From positions 195,339-259,338 of the IMG/VR virus record IMGVR_UViG_3300046660_000716: DNA of 64,000 nt; one strand, given 5' to 3'. Both the position numbers and the translations under genes were made by a program. Below are positions 9,102 to 19,055 of this stretch, in pieces (within the stretch, counting starts at the first letter, position 1; each line of letters begins with the position of its first letter). The notes beneath the pieces were generated by a model. It did not search any database, had not been told where the DNA came from, and saw only the letters and a list, made by a program, of their open reading frames with translations.

Positions 9102-10607
9102 ATGGACCTCTTCCCCACAGAACTCAAGACGCAGAGCAAGCAGGCGAACCAGCAAGGGTTCGGCAACGATCCGCGCAATCTGACGCCGGAGGGTCTGTTC
9201 GACAACCTCAACAACGTCATCGGAAGGCCCTACAGCTTCCTGGACAACACCGACCCGAAGGGCCGGACCTTCGCGCGGCACATGGTCCCGGCCTCCCCGC
9301 TGGTCATGATCCGCCCGGGCCGCATCAAGTTCTCCGAGTCGCCCAACCAGTTCATCAAGGACGCGCTGACCAAGTTCGGCGTGGCCGTCGGCAGCGACGC
9401 GGACGTGGACAAGGTGCTCAAGGGCGGCAAGGACTCGGCCGGCAAGCCGGGCGGCGGCACCCTCTTCGGCGGCGAGTACGGCGTGACGGCGGCCGACAAG
9501 GCGGCCATCGAGGCGGCGATCGCCGAGAAGACCCGCGGCACGGTCGGCAGCTTCGACATCAGCAAGCACGACGGCTCCATCCGCTACTTCGACTTCAGCT
9601 CGACGCCGACCATCCAGCGCGAGTACCAGTCCGTCCTGTCCACCCTGTCGGGCCGCATCTACTCGCGCATGAAGGGCGAGACGATCGCCTGGGCCGACAT
9701 CGGCGGCAAGTGGGACCCGGGCAAGCTCTCCAACGGCGGCTTCTACACCTTCTGGGCGGACAACGCCTCGTCGGTGTCCGAGTCCGCCTCTTCCAACGTC
9801 GGCGCCACCAAGCTGGCCGGCCTGGTCAAGGGCGTGTCCGAGATCAGCCGCGAGGCCCAGTTCTTCCTCGGCAGCAACCTGGCCGGCGGAGCGACGGAGG
9901 GTCAGCGCGCGGGCGCCGTGGACGGAGCCATCAAGGGCATCGCGGACTACATCGGGGCCGGCGACTCGGGCGGGCTGCGCGCCAGCCTGGGTGATGCCAT
10001 CCTTGGCATGAACCCGATGTTCCCAGAGGTGTGGAAGGACTCGTCCTTCAGCCGCAGCTACAACCTGAGCTTCAAGTTCTTCAGCCCGTACGGCGCGCCC
10101 GCTGCGATCTACCAGAACGTGCTGCAGCCCTTCATGATGCTCATGAGCCTGGTCTTCCCCGTGGAGGCCAACCCCGGCGTGTACACCGAGCCGTTCATCT
10201 TCCAGGTGGACTGCCCCGGCTACTTCGCCTGCGACCTCGGCATCTGCACGGACTTCTCGTTCGTCAAGGGCGGCGCGGACAACCTGTGGACCGTGGACGG
10301 TCTGCCGCGCCAGATCGACGTCACCATGTCGGTTCGCGACCTGTACCCGGTGCTCGTGGCCTCGAAGAACAACCAGTCCATGTACTTCAACGTGGGCATG
10401 GGTACCTTCCTGGACAATCTGGCGGGCATCAGCCTCTTCAAGGGCAACGCGGGGGAGGGCGACCTCATCCAGCGGACGCGCGCCAACATCAACTCGACGC
10501 TGGGCCAGGCCAGGGCGATCCCCGGGCAGCTAGTGAGCGCCGGCCAGGTGTTCCTGGAGAACAGCACGCCCATCCCGGGCATCTTCAGGTCGTTCAGGGA
10601 CCGTTAA
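9102..10607 (+). CDS. Baseplate tail-tube cap/initiator-like protein (T4 gp48/gp54-like C-terminal domain)
   Basis: WKDSSFSRSYNLSFKFFSP and WTVDGLPRQIDVTMSVRDLY resemble the gp48/gp54 tube-fold pattern; directly follows the tape measure. Confidence 0.6.
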   Translation: MDLFPTELKTQSKQANQQGFGNDPRNLTPEGLFDNLNNVIGRPYSFLDNTDPKGRTFARHMVPASPLVMIRPGRIKFSESPNQFIKDALTKFGVAVGSDADVDKVLKGGKDSAGKPGGGTLFGGEYGVTAADKAAIEAAIAEKTRGTVGSFDISKHDGSIRYFDFSSTPTIQREYQSVLSTLSGRIYSRMKGETIAWADIGGKWDPGKLSNGGFYTFWADNASSVSESASSNVGATKLAGLVKGVSEISREAQFFLGSNLAGGATEGQRAGAVDGAIKGIADYIGAGDSGGLRASLGDAILGMNPMFPEVWKDSSFSRSYNLSFKFFSPYGAPAAIYQNVLQPFMMLMSLVFPVEANPGVYTEPFIFQVDCPGYFACDLGICTDFSFVKGGADNLWTVDGLPRQIDVTMSVRDLYPVLVASKNNQSMYFNVGMGTFLDNLAGISLFKGNAGEGDLIQRTRANINSTLGQARAIPGQLVSAGQVFLENSTPIPGIFRSFRDR

Positions 10608-10618
10608 AGCGCGGGTGC

Positions 10619-10630
10619 AACATTCCGTTG
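10619..10630 (+). promoter_or_regulatory. Putative late promoter AACAttccgtTG
   Basis: Intergenic motif match upstream of rusA. Confidence 0.65.
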
Positions 10631-10652
10631 GACAACCAACGAAAGACGCACC

Positions 10653-11279
10653 ATGACGGACACCAAACTCGCCGAGCAGATCTCCGAGCTCGCCAACCGC
10701 TTCCACTCCGACGACGTCGAGTCGGTGAAGCAGAGCATCCTCGCCTCGGCGCAGCACCTCGGCCTGGGCTTCAAGGACGTGCAGCGCGCCGTCGCCTTCA
10801 TGGACGACATGGTCGCGACGAACTCGATGTCGTCCGTGGAGTTCACCATCCTGGGCGACCCACCGATCTCGAAGCGCCCCCGCTCCGCTCGCCTGAAGAA
10901 CGCGGCCGGCGACGTGGTCGGCATGCGGGTGTACGCTGCGGACGGCGACGACCAGCTAAACATCAAGGACAGCGTGGCCCTGCAGCTGCCGCGCGACCAC
11001 GTTCCCTACGCGGGCGAGGTCGAGCTCGAGATCACGATCTACCGGCCGATGCTGGCCAGCTGGGCTCCGTACAAGCGCATGCTGTGCGAGCTGGGCGTCA
11101 TCCGGCCGGAGTCGAAGCCGGACTACGACAACTTCTCAAAGATCATCACCGATGCCATGCGCGGCATCGTCTTCGTCGACGACGGCCAGGTGGTCGTCGG
11201 GAACGTGTCCCTGTACTACTCCGTGCGCCCGCGCATGGTCCTCAACGTGGCAGGTCGCCCGCGGAGGATGAACAAGTGA
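10653..11279 (+). CDS. rusA: RusA-family Holliday junction resolvase with an N-terminal extension
   Basis: KPDYDNFSKIITDAMRGIVFVDDGQVV matches the RusA signature KPDxDNxxKxxxDxLxGxxxxDDxQV. Confidence 0.9.
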   Translation: MTDTKLAEQISELANRFHSDDVESVKQSILASAQHLGLGFKDVQRAVAFMDDMVATNSMSSVEFTILGDPPISKRPRSARLKNAAGDVVGMRVYAADGDDQLNIKDSVALQLPRDHVPYAGEVELEITIYRPMLASWAPYKRMLCELGVIRPESKPDYDNFSKIITDAMRGIVFVDDGQVVVGNVSLYYSVRPRMVLNVAGRPRRMNK

Positions 11280-11287
11280 GGTAATCC

Positions 11288-12199
11288 ATGTCTGCATCCG
11301 GCCTCATGCTGAGAGGCGTTCCGCTCGAGGTCGCCCACCAGTTCCTGGCGTCCGAGGCCGCCAGCTCGGCGTACAACGAAGCGCAGGTCGCTTTCACCCT
11401 GGCGCGCGGCCCCGGCACCCCGCTGCTGCCGTCCGCTGCGGCGGGGGGTGACCGCGGGCCTGCGCCGTACCTGCGCCAGGTCATAACCGACATGCTGTCC
11501 CGCTACGCCGACGGGGGCGCGGCCGCCCCGGTGGGTGACAGCGAGCTGCGCATCGCGGCCGAAGCTCACCTGGCGCTGGTGCAGACCGTGGCCGGCCGCA
11601 TCGTCAGCGCGGGCGTGCTGCCCCCCGACCCCCTTCTTCCGGCCGCAGCCGAAGGCTTCGCCTTCGGAATGGTCCAGGTCGACAGGCCGGACTGGCTGGG
11701 GGACGCGTACATCGCCAGCCTCCTACGCCGCGAGAGCGCCCCGCCGTCTTCCTCGGCCGACGTCCCGGACCACCTCGGCCAGGCCCACGAGCGACTGGCC
11801 GCCGAGTCGCAGTACTGGCGCGGCATACCCGCCCACGGCGGCAAGGACCGGGCCGCTGCGGAGGGGCGAGCCACCGCGCTCGGCCTTGTCAGCGCGTCGC
11901 CCGAGATCGATTTCCCGGACGCCGCGATCGACTACGAACCGAGCCCGATCGCAGGCCCCGACGGGTGGGTGCCGGACGCCGCCGCCCAGCTCGGCGGACG
12001 CGCGGACGCGCTGGTGGCGCTCCCTCCGGCTCCGGGCAGAGACTCGCTGGAGGAGGCCATCATGGCGCGGTTCGCCGCCGGGGCCGTCGCAACAACCGAG
12101 CCGCAGGGAACCCCCGGCGCATCCGTGTGGGAGGGCAGTGTGGCCTCCATCCTGACAACCCTGGACGTGATGAGGAACTATGTCTACCAACCCGTGTAA
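11288..12199 (+). CDS. Hypothetical protein
   Basis: 303 aa, GAGG RBS, operon-like spacing after rusA, Ala/Pro-rich, no recognised domain. Confidence 0.6.
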   Translation: MSASGLMLRGVPLEVAHQFLASEAASSAYNEAQVAFTLARGPGTPLLPSAAAGGDRGPAPYLRQVITDMLSRYADGGAAAPVGDSELRIAAEAHLALVQTVAGRIVSAGVLPPDPLLPAAAEGFAFGMVQVDRPDWLGDAYIASLLRRESAPPSSSADVPDHLGQAHERLAAESQYWRGIPAHGGKDRAAAEGRATALGLVSASPEIDFPDAAIDYEPSPIAGPDGWVPDAAAQLGGRADALVALPPAPGRDSLEEAIMARFAAGAVATTEPQGTPGASVWEGSVASILTTLDVMRNYVYQPV

Positions 12200-12461
12200 C
12201 GCCGCGTCCCTCCTCGGGATCCTGTCGTCGCTCCAGGGCTCATCCCTCTCGGCGCAGCAGCAGGCGATCGCCTCGGCGAACCTCGCTAACCAGGCCAGGT
12301 CCGTGGCGGTCGCCTCCAACTCCAACAACGTGGCCTTCGGCTCGGCCGCGACAGGCGAGATCATCAGGGGGCTGCGCAACCGCCTCTTCCTGAAGTACGC
12401 CGGGATCGACTACGAATTTTACAATCGTCAGGACTTGCAGTACAGGAGCGACGCGCCATGA
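12180..12461 (+). CDS. Hypothetical protein
   Basis: 93 aa, GAGG RBS, overlaps both neighbours (ATGA coupling at 12458). Confidence 0.6.
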   Translation: MSTNPCNAASLLGILSSLQGSSLSAQQQAIASANLANQARSVAVASNSNNVAFGSAATGEIIRGLRNRLFLKYAGIDYEFYNRQDLQYRSDAP

Positions 12462-13441
12462 AGAACTGCCAGGGAACCCCCCAGGCCAAGCAGGGCGCAC
12501 TGAACGACCTTCTGGCCCTGCTCAAGGCCCTCATGAACAAGGGCAAGTTCGACGCCAGCCTCCTGGACGGCGTCTTCAGCTCGATGGTCGGCCTGCTGGG
12601 CGCCAAGTTCGCGCTCGGCCTGAGCGGCGCCGACATGCGCACGCTCGTGGCGAGGTACCTCGCACAGGCCGTTGCCCAGGCCAGCCTCGCGAAGAACGCG
12701 GGCCTCCAGGCCGGAGCGACCGCCTCCGCGGTCGGGAGGTTCGGCAGCACCGGCTCGTCGGTGATCAGCTCGCTCTTCCCCTCGCGCAACGCCAACGGCG
12801 GCTTCTCCGACCCGACGCGGACTGACCCGTCCGGCCCCTACGGCCGCCCCGGCGTCGTGCCCACGCAGACCCCCTACTCCCCCACGACGGGAGGACCCAC
12901 CGGCGTGGCGGTGGCCGGCACGGCCATCACCAGCGACGAGGTGGCCGACTACTTCAACGGAGTCGTGCGCGGCGACACCGACGCGTTCGCCATAGGGCTG
13001 TGGATCGGGCGCGGCAAGAACCCGATGCTGATGCTGGAGGCGCTGTCCTACGCCAAGACGCTGCACAACGACGTCATCCTGCCGGCGGCGTCCTACTACA
13101 AGACGCTGGTCTACGGCCGCCCGGACTACCCCATCCGCCTCGGGCAGGTGATCTACGGCATCGTGGAGCAGGACGTCGTGAGGGCCGAACTGCAGGGCGG
13201 CCCGCCGTCCCGACACCTCGTGGGACAGGCTGTGAACTTCAGGATTAACGGCATCGATCCGTACAGGGTGGTGCAGGACCTTTCGAACGGTTCGATCCCG
13301 GCGGTCTACGGGACCCTGGCGCTCTCCGCCGGCATCCACGCCTCCCTACCCTTCTACGGCGCCAACGGCCAGATCGTCCAGCACCTGTACCTCTGGAGCG
13401 ACAACGGCGTGCCGAACTTCGTCGGCTACCAATTCAACTGA
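12458..13441 (+). CDS. Hypothetical protein
   Basis: 327 aa, typical codon bias, translationally coupled to the upstream ORF. Confidence 0.7.
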   Translation: MKNCQGTPQAKQGALNDLLALLKALMNKGKFDASLLDGVFSSMVGLLGAKFALGLSGADMRTLVARYLAQAVAQASLAKNAGLQAGATASAVGRFGSTGSSVISSLFPSRNANGGFSDPTRTDPSGPYGRPGVVPTQTPYSPTTGGPTGVAVAGTAITSDEVADYFNGVVRGDTDAFAIGLWIGRGKNPMLMLEALSYAKTLHNDVILPAASYYKTLVYGRPDYPIRLGQVIYGIVEQDVVRAELQGGPPSRHLVGQAVNFRINGIDPYRVVQDLSNGSIPAVYGTLALSAGIHASLPFYGANGQIVQHLYLWSDNGVPNFVGYQFN

Positions 13442-13464
13442 GCACCAAACGGAACCAAACTACA

Positions 13465-14064
13465 ATGACACAGGAAACCAGCACCGACATCTTCGACGCC
13501 GCCCAGGTGATCGACGACCTTCTCAGCGACGACGACGGCGCCATGCTGGCCGCCATGGCCCGCTACCGATACGCCATCATCACCCTCTTCGGGCGCCAGG
13601 GCGTGGTCGAGATCCTCCGCAAGGCGGTTGACGAGGCCGAGAACGTCGACTACTTCTCCGCCCGCCGCTCCCGCAAGGAGATCGACCCGACCCGGCCGGA
13701 GGTCAACCTGCGCGTGGACTGGCGCGTCGCGCTGGCCAACGACCCCGAGCTGCGCAGCCGCTTCGCCGCCAAGGGCGATCCGGACAAGGACATCAAGCTG
13801 ATGACCGAGGTCAAGGCCGCCGTGATCCACCAGCAGGTGTGCCGCCCGATGCTGACCCAGATGTCCGACGCGCTGGCGCCGCACTGGAAGAAGGCCAAGG
13901 CCACTTACGCGGCCATGCGCGCCGCGCGGCCCGTCCAGCCGGACCCGGCCAAGAAGGAGCGCGACCTGACCATGCTGATCTGCGCCATGTTCAGCGTGCG
14001 CATCGGAACCGACGAGGGCAAGGCCCCGGACGAGCGCATCTGCGCCCTGAAGCTCTTCCTGTGA
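13465..14064 (+). CDS. Hypothetical protein
   Basis: 199 aa, typical codon bias, followed by a strong hairpin. Confidence 0.7.
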   Translation: MTQETSTDIFDAAQVIDDLLSDDDGAMLAAMARYRYAIITLFGRQGVVEILRKAVDEAENVDYFSARRSRKEIDPTRPEVNLRVDWRVALANDPELRSRFAAKGDPDKDIKLMTEVKAAVIHQQVCRPMLTQMSDALAPHWKKAKATYAAMRAARPVQPDPAKKERDLTMLICAMFSVRIGTDEGKAPDERICALKLFL

Positions 14065-14075
14065 CGGAGAGGAAC

Positions 14076-14101
14076 GCCCATACCCCGCGCGGGGTATGGG
14101 C
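14076..14101. terminator. Bidirectional hairpin GCCCATACCCC-GCGC-GGGGTATGGGC
   Basis: Perfect 11-bp stem between convergent genes. Confidence 0.7.
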
Positions 14102-14106
14102 CTCTC

Positions 14107-14505
14107 TTACGCGCTCAGGTGGTGGGCGGCGAAGTGCCCGCCCTGGTGGCCTGCGTGGGACGCGGCGTGCGCGGCACCGGCCTGGGAGCGGGCCAGGTTT
14201 GCCCGGTGCTTCTCCTCCTCCTCCCGCTGGGTCGCCTGGGCCGCGTCGCGCTTGCGGTGCAGGTCGGTCACGCGGGCCGAGTAGGTGCGCTCCAGGCTCA
14301 TGAGTCCGGCGTCGTGGGGCTTGGCCCGCAGTTCCTTGCGGACCTTGTCGTGGTCGGCCGCGGCCGCGGCTATCAGGCGACTGTACTTGTCGCTGAGCTC
14401 GGCGCGCTGCATCACCAGGTGGTCGAGGCGGCCGTCCTCGTCGAAGCAAACGGCCTCGTTCATGCCGGTAGCTCCCGACACGATGCAGAAGTCGGCGAGG
14501 TCCAT
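14107..14505 (-). CDS. Hypothetical protein (coiled-coil, His-rich C-terminus)
   Basis: 132 aa, GGAGG RBS, follows the 283-aa gene. Confidence 0.65.
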   Translation of the reverse strand: MDLADFCIVSGATGMNEAVCFDEDGRLDHLVMQRAELSDKYSRLIAAAAADHDKVRKELRAKPHDAGLMSLERTYSARVTDLHRKRDAAQATQREEEEKHRANLARSQAGAAHAASHAGHQGGHFAAHHLSA

Positions 14506-14509
14506 GGGA

Positions 14510-15361
14510 TCACGCCTCCTTGCGGGAGACGAGGCGCCGGGCCACGTTCTCCACGTCGAGCTTTTCCAGGGTGATCACGCCGATCGAGGACAGCGCCTCC
14601 AGCAGCGTGTACTGGCTGACGGCCTCGATCATCAGGACCGGGGCGGCGACCTCCTGGCCGGTGCCCTCCGACAGCATGCGGCGGTTCGCCACGAAGAGCG
14701 CCTCGATCAGGGTCGGGGGCGCGCTGCGCTGGGCGCGGCGGATGCGGGTCTGGTCGAGCTCGGCGTCGCCGGTGGCCAGGGCGGTGGCCTCGGCCAGGCG
14801 CTGCTCGGTCTCCATCGAGCGCTCGCGGGAGTCGGCCAGGGCTGCGATCACGCGGTTCTCGACCTCTGCGCCGACGCGCTCGATCAGGGCGGACAGCTCG
14901 CCCGATGCCACGGACTCCGCCACGGCGGCCTGGACCTCCAGCAGGTCGTGGCTCTCGACCGAGTCGGCCGCGATGCCGGCGGCCTCCAGCAGGTCGGTGC
15001 CGGTCTTGGTCAGGTTCCAGTCGCCCAGCGACTTGACCATCTCGACGGTCTGCGACAGCACCGCTTCGCGGAACGGCGCCTTCTCGGCCTCGTCCAGCGG
15101 GAGGGCGCGGTAGACCAGCTCGCCCATGGCGTGCAGGGCGGCGCCCTTGCGGGCGGCGGCGGCCGCCTCGCGCATGGCGGCGCGCGACTTGGTTGCGGCG
15201 ATGCGTGGGTCGGTCGGCATGGCCACCACGGGGGCTGCCTCGGCCGGCTTCGGCATCAGGGTCACGGCCATGGCGGCGGTCTGCTCGGACAGCACGAACG
15301 CCTTGCGATCGGTGATGGTGCGGTCGCGGTTCGGGGTGTCTGGGTTGCTGTGAATGCTCAT
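14510..15361 (-). CDS. Hypothetical protein, probably virion structural
   Basis: 283 aa, helical Ala/Glu-rich, AACA-type promoter upstream, structural gene context. Confidence 0.65.
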   Translation of the reverse strand: MSIHSNPDTPNRDRTITDRKAFVLSEQTAAMAVTLMPKPAEAAPVVAMPTDPRIAATKSRAAMREAAAAARKGAALHAMGELVYRALPLDEAEKAPFREAVLSQTVEMVKSLGDWNLTKTGTDLLEAAGIAADSVESHDLLEVQAAVAESVASGELSALIERVGAEVENRVIAALADSRERSMETEQRLAEATALATGDAELDQTRIRRAQRSAPPTLIEALFVANRRMLSEGTGQEVAAPVLMIEAVSQYTLLEALSSIGVITLEKLDVENVARRLVSRKEA

Positions 15362-15428
15362 TGGATTCTCTCGCTGTTGGTCGTTCGTGTTGGCCCGGCC
15401 GGGGGTATCCCGGACCGGGCCTTCCGGC

Positions 15429-15440
15429 TATGGTGATGTT
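15429..15440 (-). promoter_or_regulatory. Putative late promoter AACAtcaccaTA
   Basis: Intergenic motif match; the predicted transcript starts with a GC hairpin at 15392-15421. Confidence 0.7.
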
Positions 15441-15446
15441 GCCCCG

Positions 15447-17993
15447 TCAGATGAATTCGACGGCCACGTCCGGCACGTACGGGTCTTGGTTGAGGTTGCT
15501 CTGGAGGATGGTCGCCACGCTCAGATACTCCGGCACGCGCAGGTTGTCCTGCAGCAGGGCCGCCGGCGCGTAGATGATCTCGGCGTTCTGCGCGGCCACG
15601 CCGTTCATGCTGACGAAGCGCAGGTACGAGATGTCCGGCAGCGTCTTCTCCAGGTAGCTGAAGAGGTTCGAGATGCTGAACCGCGACTGATCGTTCTCGT
15701 TGCAGGTCTGGACGAACGCGGCGGCGGCGTTCCTGACCGCGACGCGCAGCTCCTCGGTGGCCTTGCCGCGCGGCTTGACCTGGAGGGACAGGCTGATGTT
15801 CGGCCGGTCCAGGTTGAACGACTTGCTCGGTCCGTACGTGTTGTAGAACTTCACGTCGACGCTCGTGTTGTTGTGCAGCAGATCAAAGACGTCCAGCACC
15901 GCGTTGTGGTACTTGCCGACCACGCCCATGGCCTCCTGGCCGATGCGCGGGTTAAGGAAGAAGCTGGCGCCGACCAGCGGCACGCCGTCCACGTGGAACG
16001 TGCCGGCCTCGGTGACGTACATGCCCGAGGACATGACGCGCTCCAGGCTCTGGTACAGGCTGACCGGGTCGACCGTCTGGAAGACGTGGGTCAGCTGGAA
16101 CACGCGGCCACCGCGCTGCACGTTGGCCACCGCCGTGTTGGTGTCGGCGCTGTCGTAGTACAACTCCAGGCGCATGGTCACGTTCTCCGGCAGCGGGGCC
16201 GACGGCATCAGCGAGTCGTCGTCCTCGTTGCGAAGCGAGTCGGTGAACACCATCCGGCTCGACTCGTCGAAGGCGTCGCCCGTGCTCACGATCGCGCGGA
16301 AGATGCTGGTGCCGTCGACGTGGGAGCACTCGGCGTAGCCCAGGCGCTCGCCGTTCGCGGCGCGGAAGAGGACGCGAACGATGACCTTGCTCCCCAGCGC
16401 GTCCGTGCCCAGGTTGCTGGACACGGTCAGGTCGATCTGGTAGGCCGAGTCGAACGTGCTGTTGCGCTTGACCGTGACGGAGTTGGCGATGAAGCTGTCC
16501 GCGGACGGGATCGCGCCCGGCAGCGAGGACAGGGGCGCGTCGATGTCCACCTGATTGCGGTAGTAGACCAGGCGCGGGAACGGGTGCGTCTGGAACTGCA
16601 TCAGGAACGGCACGCAGTAGACGAACGAGTTCGGGTCCGACACCATCCTGTCCGGGTACTCGCCCTGCGCCAGCAGTCGGTAGATGCCGTTGCGGCGGTC
16701 GTAGACGATCAGGGTGCCGGGGCGCAGGCTCCAGCCGCGCTCCTCCAGGTCCGCAACCTCGAGGTCCAGGCTCACCGTGTTGGTCGGCACGATGTGGGCC
16801 GCCTGGTCGCGGATGACCAGGCAGGCGGCGAAGAGGCGGCGCTGGATATCGTCGCGGCGCTTGATGAACGTCAGCACGGACTGGTTGACCGACGTGCGGT
16901 CCACGGCGCCCGTGAGGTAGTTCTTCAGGTCCTCCTCGATGATGATGTTATTCCGCTCCAGGACCTTGCGCAGGATGCCGCGCTTGACGGCCATGAGCGA
17001 TTCGCCGTCGCTGCCGCCGGCGGGCTGCGTCACCATCTCGACCAGGGTCGTCAGGGTCTCGCCGGCCACGGTCAGCACCGGCACGCCGGTGAAGTCGAAG
17101 TTGCCGGCCATGCCGGTCGTCGTCAGGAACTCGACGCGCAGCTGGCTGTTGTAGGCCGGGCGGAAGAGGCCGGGCAGGGGCGAGAAGTAGATCTCGAGCT
17201 CGTTCGCCGCGGTGAAGGAGTAGAAGCAGTACTCGCTGCCGGTGGGCGAGGACGTGTCGTTGAAGATCGCCTCGATCTCGCGGAAGTTGGCGTCGGACGC
17301 CTTCTTGTACATCACGCGGAACTTCGCCATCTGCTCGCCGGCCGGGACGGTGACCTGGTAGTACGAAGTCTCCAGGACGTCCGAGCTGAGTACCTGGAAC
17401 GTGGTGGCGCGCGGCACGACCTGGTGGGCGCGGACCTCCATATACACGACCGTGCGCACGGTGCCGGCCGAGTCGACGACCTGCGCCGTGACGAACGTCC
17501 GGATGTACGAGTCCTGGTTAGTCTCGGCGAAGTCCATCTGCGCGAGGTCGTAGTTGGCCGCCACGCGGCCCTGCGCTAGCAGCGTCAGGTTGACGGCGCC
17601 GGCCAGGGCGAACGCCGCGCCGCCCAGGTAGACGGCCTGCCCGCGCGGCAGCGACAGCGTGCCGACCGAGGAGCCCAGCGCCGCGACGACCTCGTCGAGG
17701 TACACGCCCAGCAGGATGCGGCACTGCGACGGCACCGCGAGGCCGATGGTATAGTTGTTGATCTTGGCGTAGTTGTAGATCGAGCGCGGCATCGAGGCCG
17801 TGTTCAGGAAGTTCTCGCCGTACATGACGTTGCGGTGGAACACGCCCTCGGCCGAGACGCGGGCCATGGCGCCGGTCATGTAGCCGAAGAAGCCGCTCTT
17901 GAGCGTGGAGTACGAGCCGGGCTGGAGGTACGTGTCCGCCAGGTCCAGCATCGCCGACTCGGCGCCGTACACGGATGGGGAGATGTCTGCCAT
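15447..17993 (-). CDS. Baseplate wedge subunit (gp6/J-like)
   Basis: 848 aa. N-terminal ENFLNTASMPRSIYNYAK and central TTTGMAGNF...PAGGSDGESL...IIIEEDL match the baseplate J/gp6 pattern. Confidence 0.8.
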   Translation of the reverse strand: MADISPSVYGAESAMLDLADTYLQPGSYSTLKSGFFGYMTGAMARVSAEGVFHRNVMYGENFLNTASMPRSIYNYAKINNYTIGLAVPSQCRILLGVYLDEVVAALGSSVGTLSLPRGQAVYLGGAAFALAGAVNLTLLAQGRVAANYDLAQMDFAETNQDSYIRTFVTAQVVDSAGTVRTVVYMEVRAHQVVPRATTFQVLSSDVLETSYYQVTVPAGEQMAKFRVMYKKASDANFREIEAIFNDTSSPTGSEYCFYSFTAANELEIYFSPLPGLFRPAYNSQLRVEFLTTTGMAGNFDFTGVPVLTVAGETLTTLVEMVTQPAGGSDGESLMAVKRGILRKVLERNNIIIEEDLKNYLTGAVDRTSVNQSVLTFIKRRDDIQRRLFAACLVIRDQAAHIVPTNTVSLDLEVADLEERGWSLRPGTLIVYDRRNGIYRLLAQGEYPDRMVSDPNSFVYCVPFLMQFQTHPFPRLVYYRNQVDIDAPLSSLPGAIPSADSFIANSVTVKRNSTFDSAYQIDLTVSSNLGTDALGSKVIVRVLFRAANGERLGYAECSHVDGTSIFRAIVSTGDAFDESSRMVFTDSLRNEDDDSLMPSAPLPENVTMRLELYYDSADTNTAVANVQRGGRVFQLTHVFQTVDPVSLYQSLERVMSSGMYVTEAGTFHVDGVPLVGASFFLNPRIGQEAMGVVGKYHNAVLDVFDLLHNNTSVDVKFYNTYGPSKSFNLDRPNISLSLQVKPRGKATEELRVAVRNAAAAFVQTCNENDQSRFSISNLFSYLEKTLPDISYLRFVSMNGVAAQNAEIIYAPAALLQDNLRVPEYLSVATILQSNLNQDPYVPDVAVEFI

Positions 17994-17996
17994 GTC

Positions 17997-18875
17997 TTAT
18001 CCTGCGATGTATTTGTCGAGGGTGATGCCCTCGGTGAATTTGAGCTTGAAGACCTTGCGCTGCGACTGCGGCAGGGTCTCAACCGTGATGGCGACGCCCT
18101 GGTTGGCGGCCGAGGTGTTGAACTCGTAGAAGATCGCGCCGTCCATCGGCTCCGAGTAGGTGTAAGCGTACGGGACCTGGATCTTGATGGTCTCGCTGTT
18201 GCCGATCTTGCCGCCCCACACGGAGTACGGGACCCCGACCGGATAGCACCCGGTCCAGCGCGTTCCGAACTCGATGGTCTCGCCGTCGGGCTGCATCTGG
18301 AAGGCGTAGATCGACACCGCGTAGTCCAGCATGCGCTTGCTGATGTAGTTCGGGGCGTCGAACTTGGGATTCAGCAGGCCCTTGGTGACAGCCTCGATGT
18401 AGTCGAACCAGATCTTGTGCAAGATGGTGTTGGGCGTACCGGTCAGCTCCATGTACTCGAGCTGCAGCGTGCCGTCCTGCCGGCTGTTCAGGCTGGACTT
18501 GGGCACGGACACCTTGGCGCCCTCCCAGTTCTCGCCCGTGGCGTGCACGTCCATGACGAGGTCCTGGACCGAGTAGCCGTCGCACAGGTTGGTCAGCATC
18601 TTGATGAAGCTGTTGGCCCCGCCGCCCGTGAGCATCGCGGCGATATTGTCCGGCGCGGTCGGCTGGCCGATCCCGAGGAACTTCTTGGCGCTGTCGGTGG
18701 AGAGGTTCAGGTCCGGCCTCGTCACGAAGACGTACCAGGGACCGGTGGACGCCGGGTCGGCGCCGTGGCCCTGCGCGGCGAGGCGGAGCGGGTTGAACTC
18801 CGTCAGCAGCTTGGCCGCTGTGGTGTTCCGCTTCTCGTAGAAGGACGTGAGGTCGGTGGGTGTCGTCAGTGCCAT
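17997..18875 (-). CDS. Tail tube-fold structural protein (gp19/gp54-like)
   Basis: WYVFVTRPDLN, LHKIWFDYI, YAVSIYAFQMQPDG..IEFGTRWTGCYPVGVP match the tube-protein pattern; next to the wedge gene. Confidence 0.65.
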   Translation of the reverse strand: MALTTPTDLTSFYEKRNTTAAKLLTEFNPLRLAAQGHGADPASTGPWYVFVTRPDLNLSTDSAKKFLGIGQPTAPDNIAAMLTGGGANSFIKMLTNLCDGYSVQDLVMDVHATGENWEGAKVSVPKSSLNSRQDGTLQLEYMELTGTPNTILHKIWFDYIEAVTKGLLNPKFDAPNYISKRMLDYAVSIYAFQMQPDGETIEFGTRWTGCYPVGVPYSVWGGKIGNSETIKIQVPYAYTYSEPMDGAIFYEFNTSAANQGVAITVETLPQSQRKVFKLKFTEGITLDKYIAG

Positions 18876-18895
18876 GTCTTCGGCTTCCTATAGGT

Positions 18896-18907
18896 TATCC
18901 GACTGTT
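18896..18907 (-). promoter_or_regulatory. Putative late promoter AACAgtcggaTA
   Basis: Motif match 20 nt upstream of the tube-fold gene. Confidence 0.7.
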
Positions 18908-18917
18908 CCCGACGCTG

Positions 18918-18927
18918 CGATATCATT
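18918..18927 (+). promoter_or_regulatory. Putative early or sigma70-like -10 element CGATATCATT
   Basis: Identical 10-mer at 41116 (intergenic) and 44146; related TGATATAATT at 39513. Confidence 0.4.
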
Positions 18928-19055
18928 CTCCCGCACAGGCAGCGGGATCCCCTCGCTGCGGACAGCCCAAGGAGCAAGCACGGGATGAGCATAGCAGTAC
19001 CTCCCTACAACGACGCGGTAGCACGGCGCACGTCAGCGCACATCCGCACTCCCTC

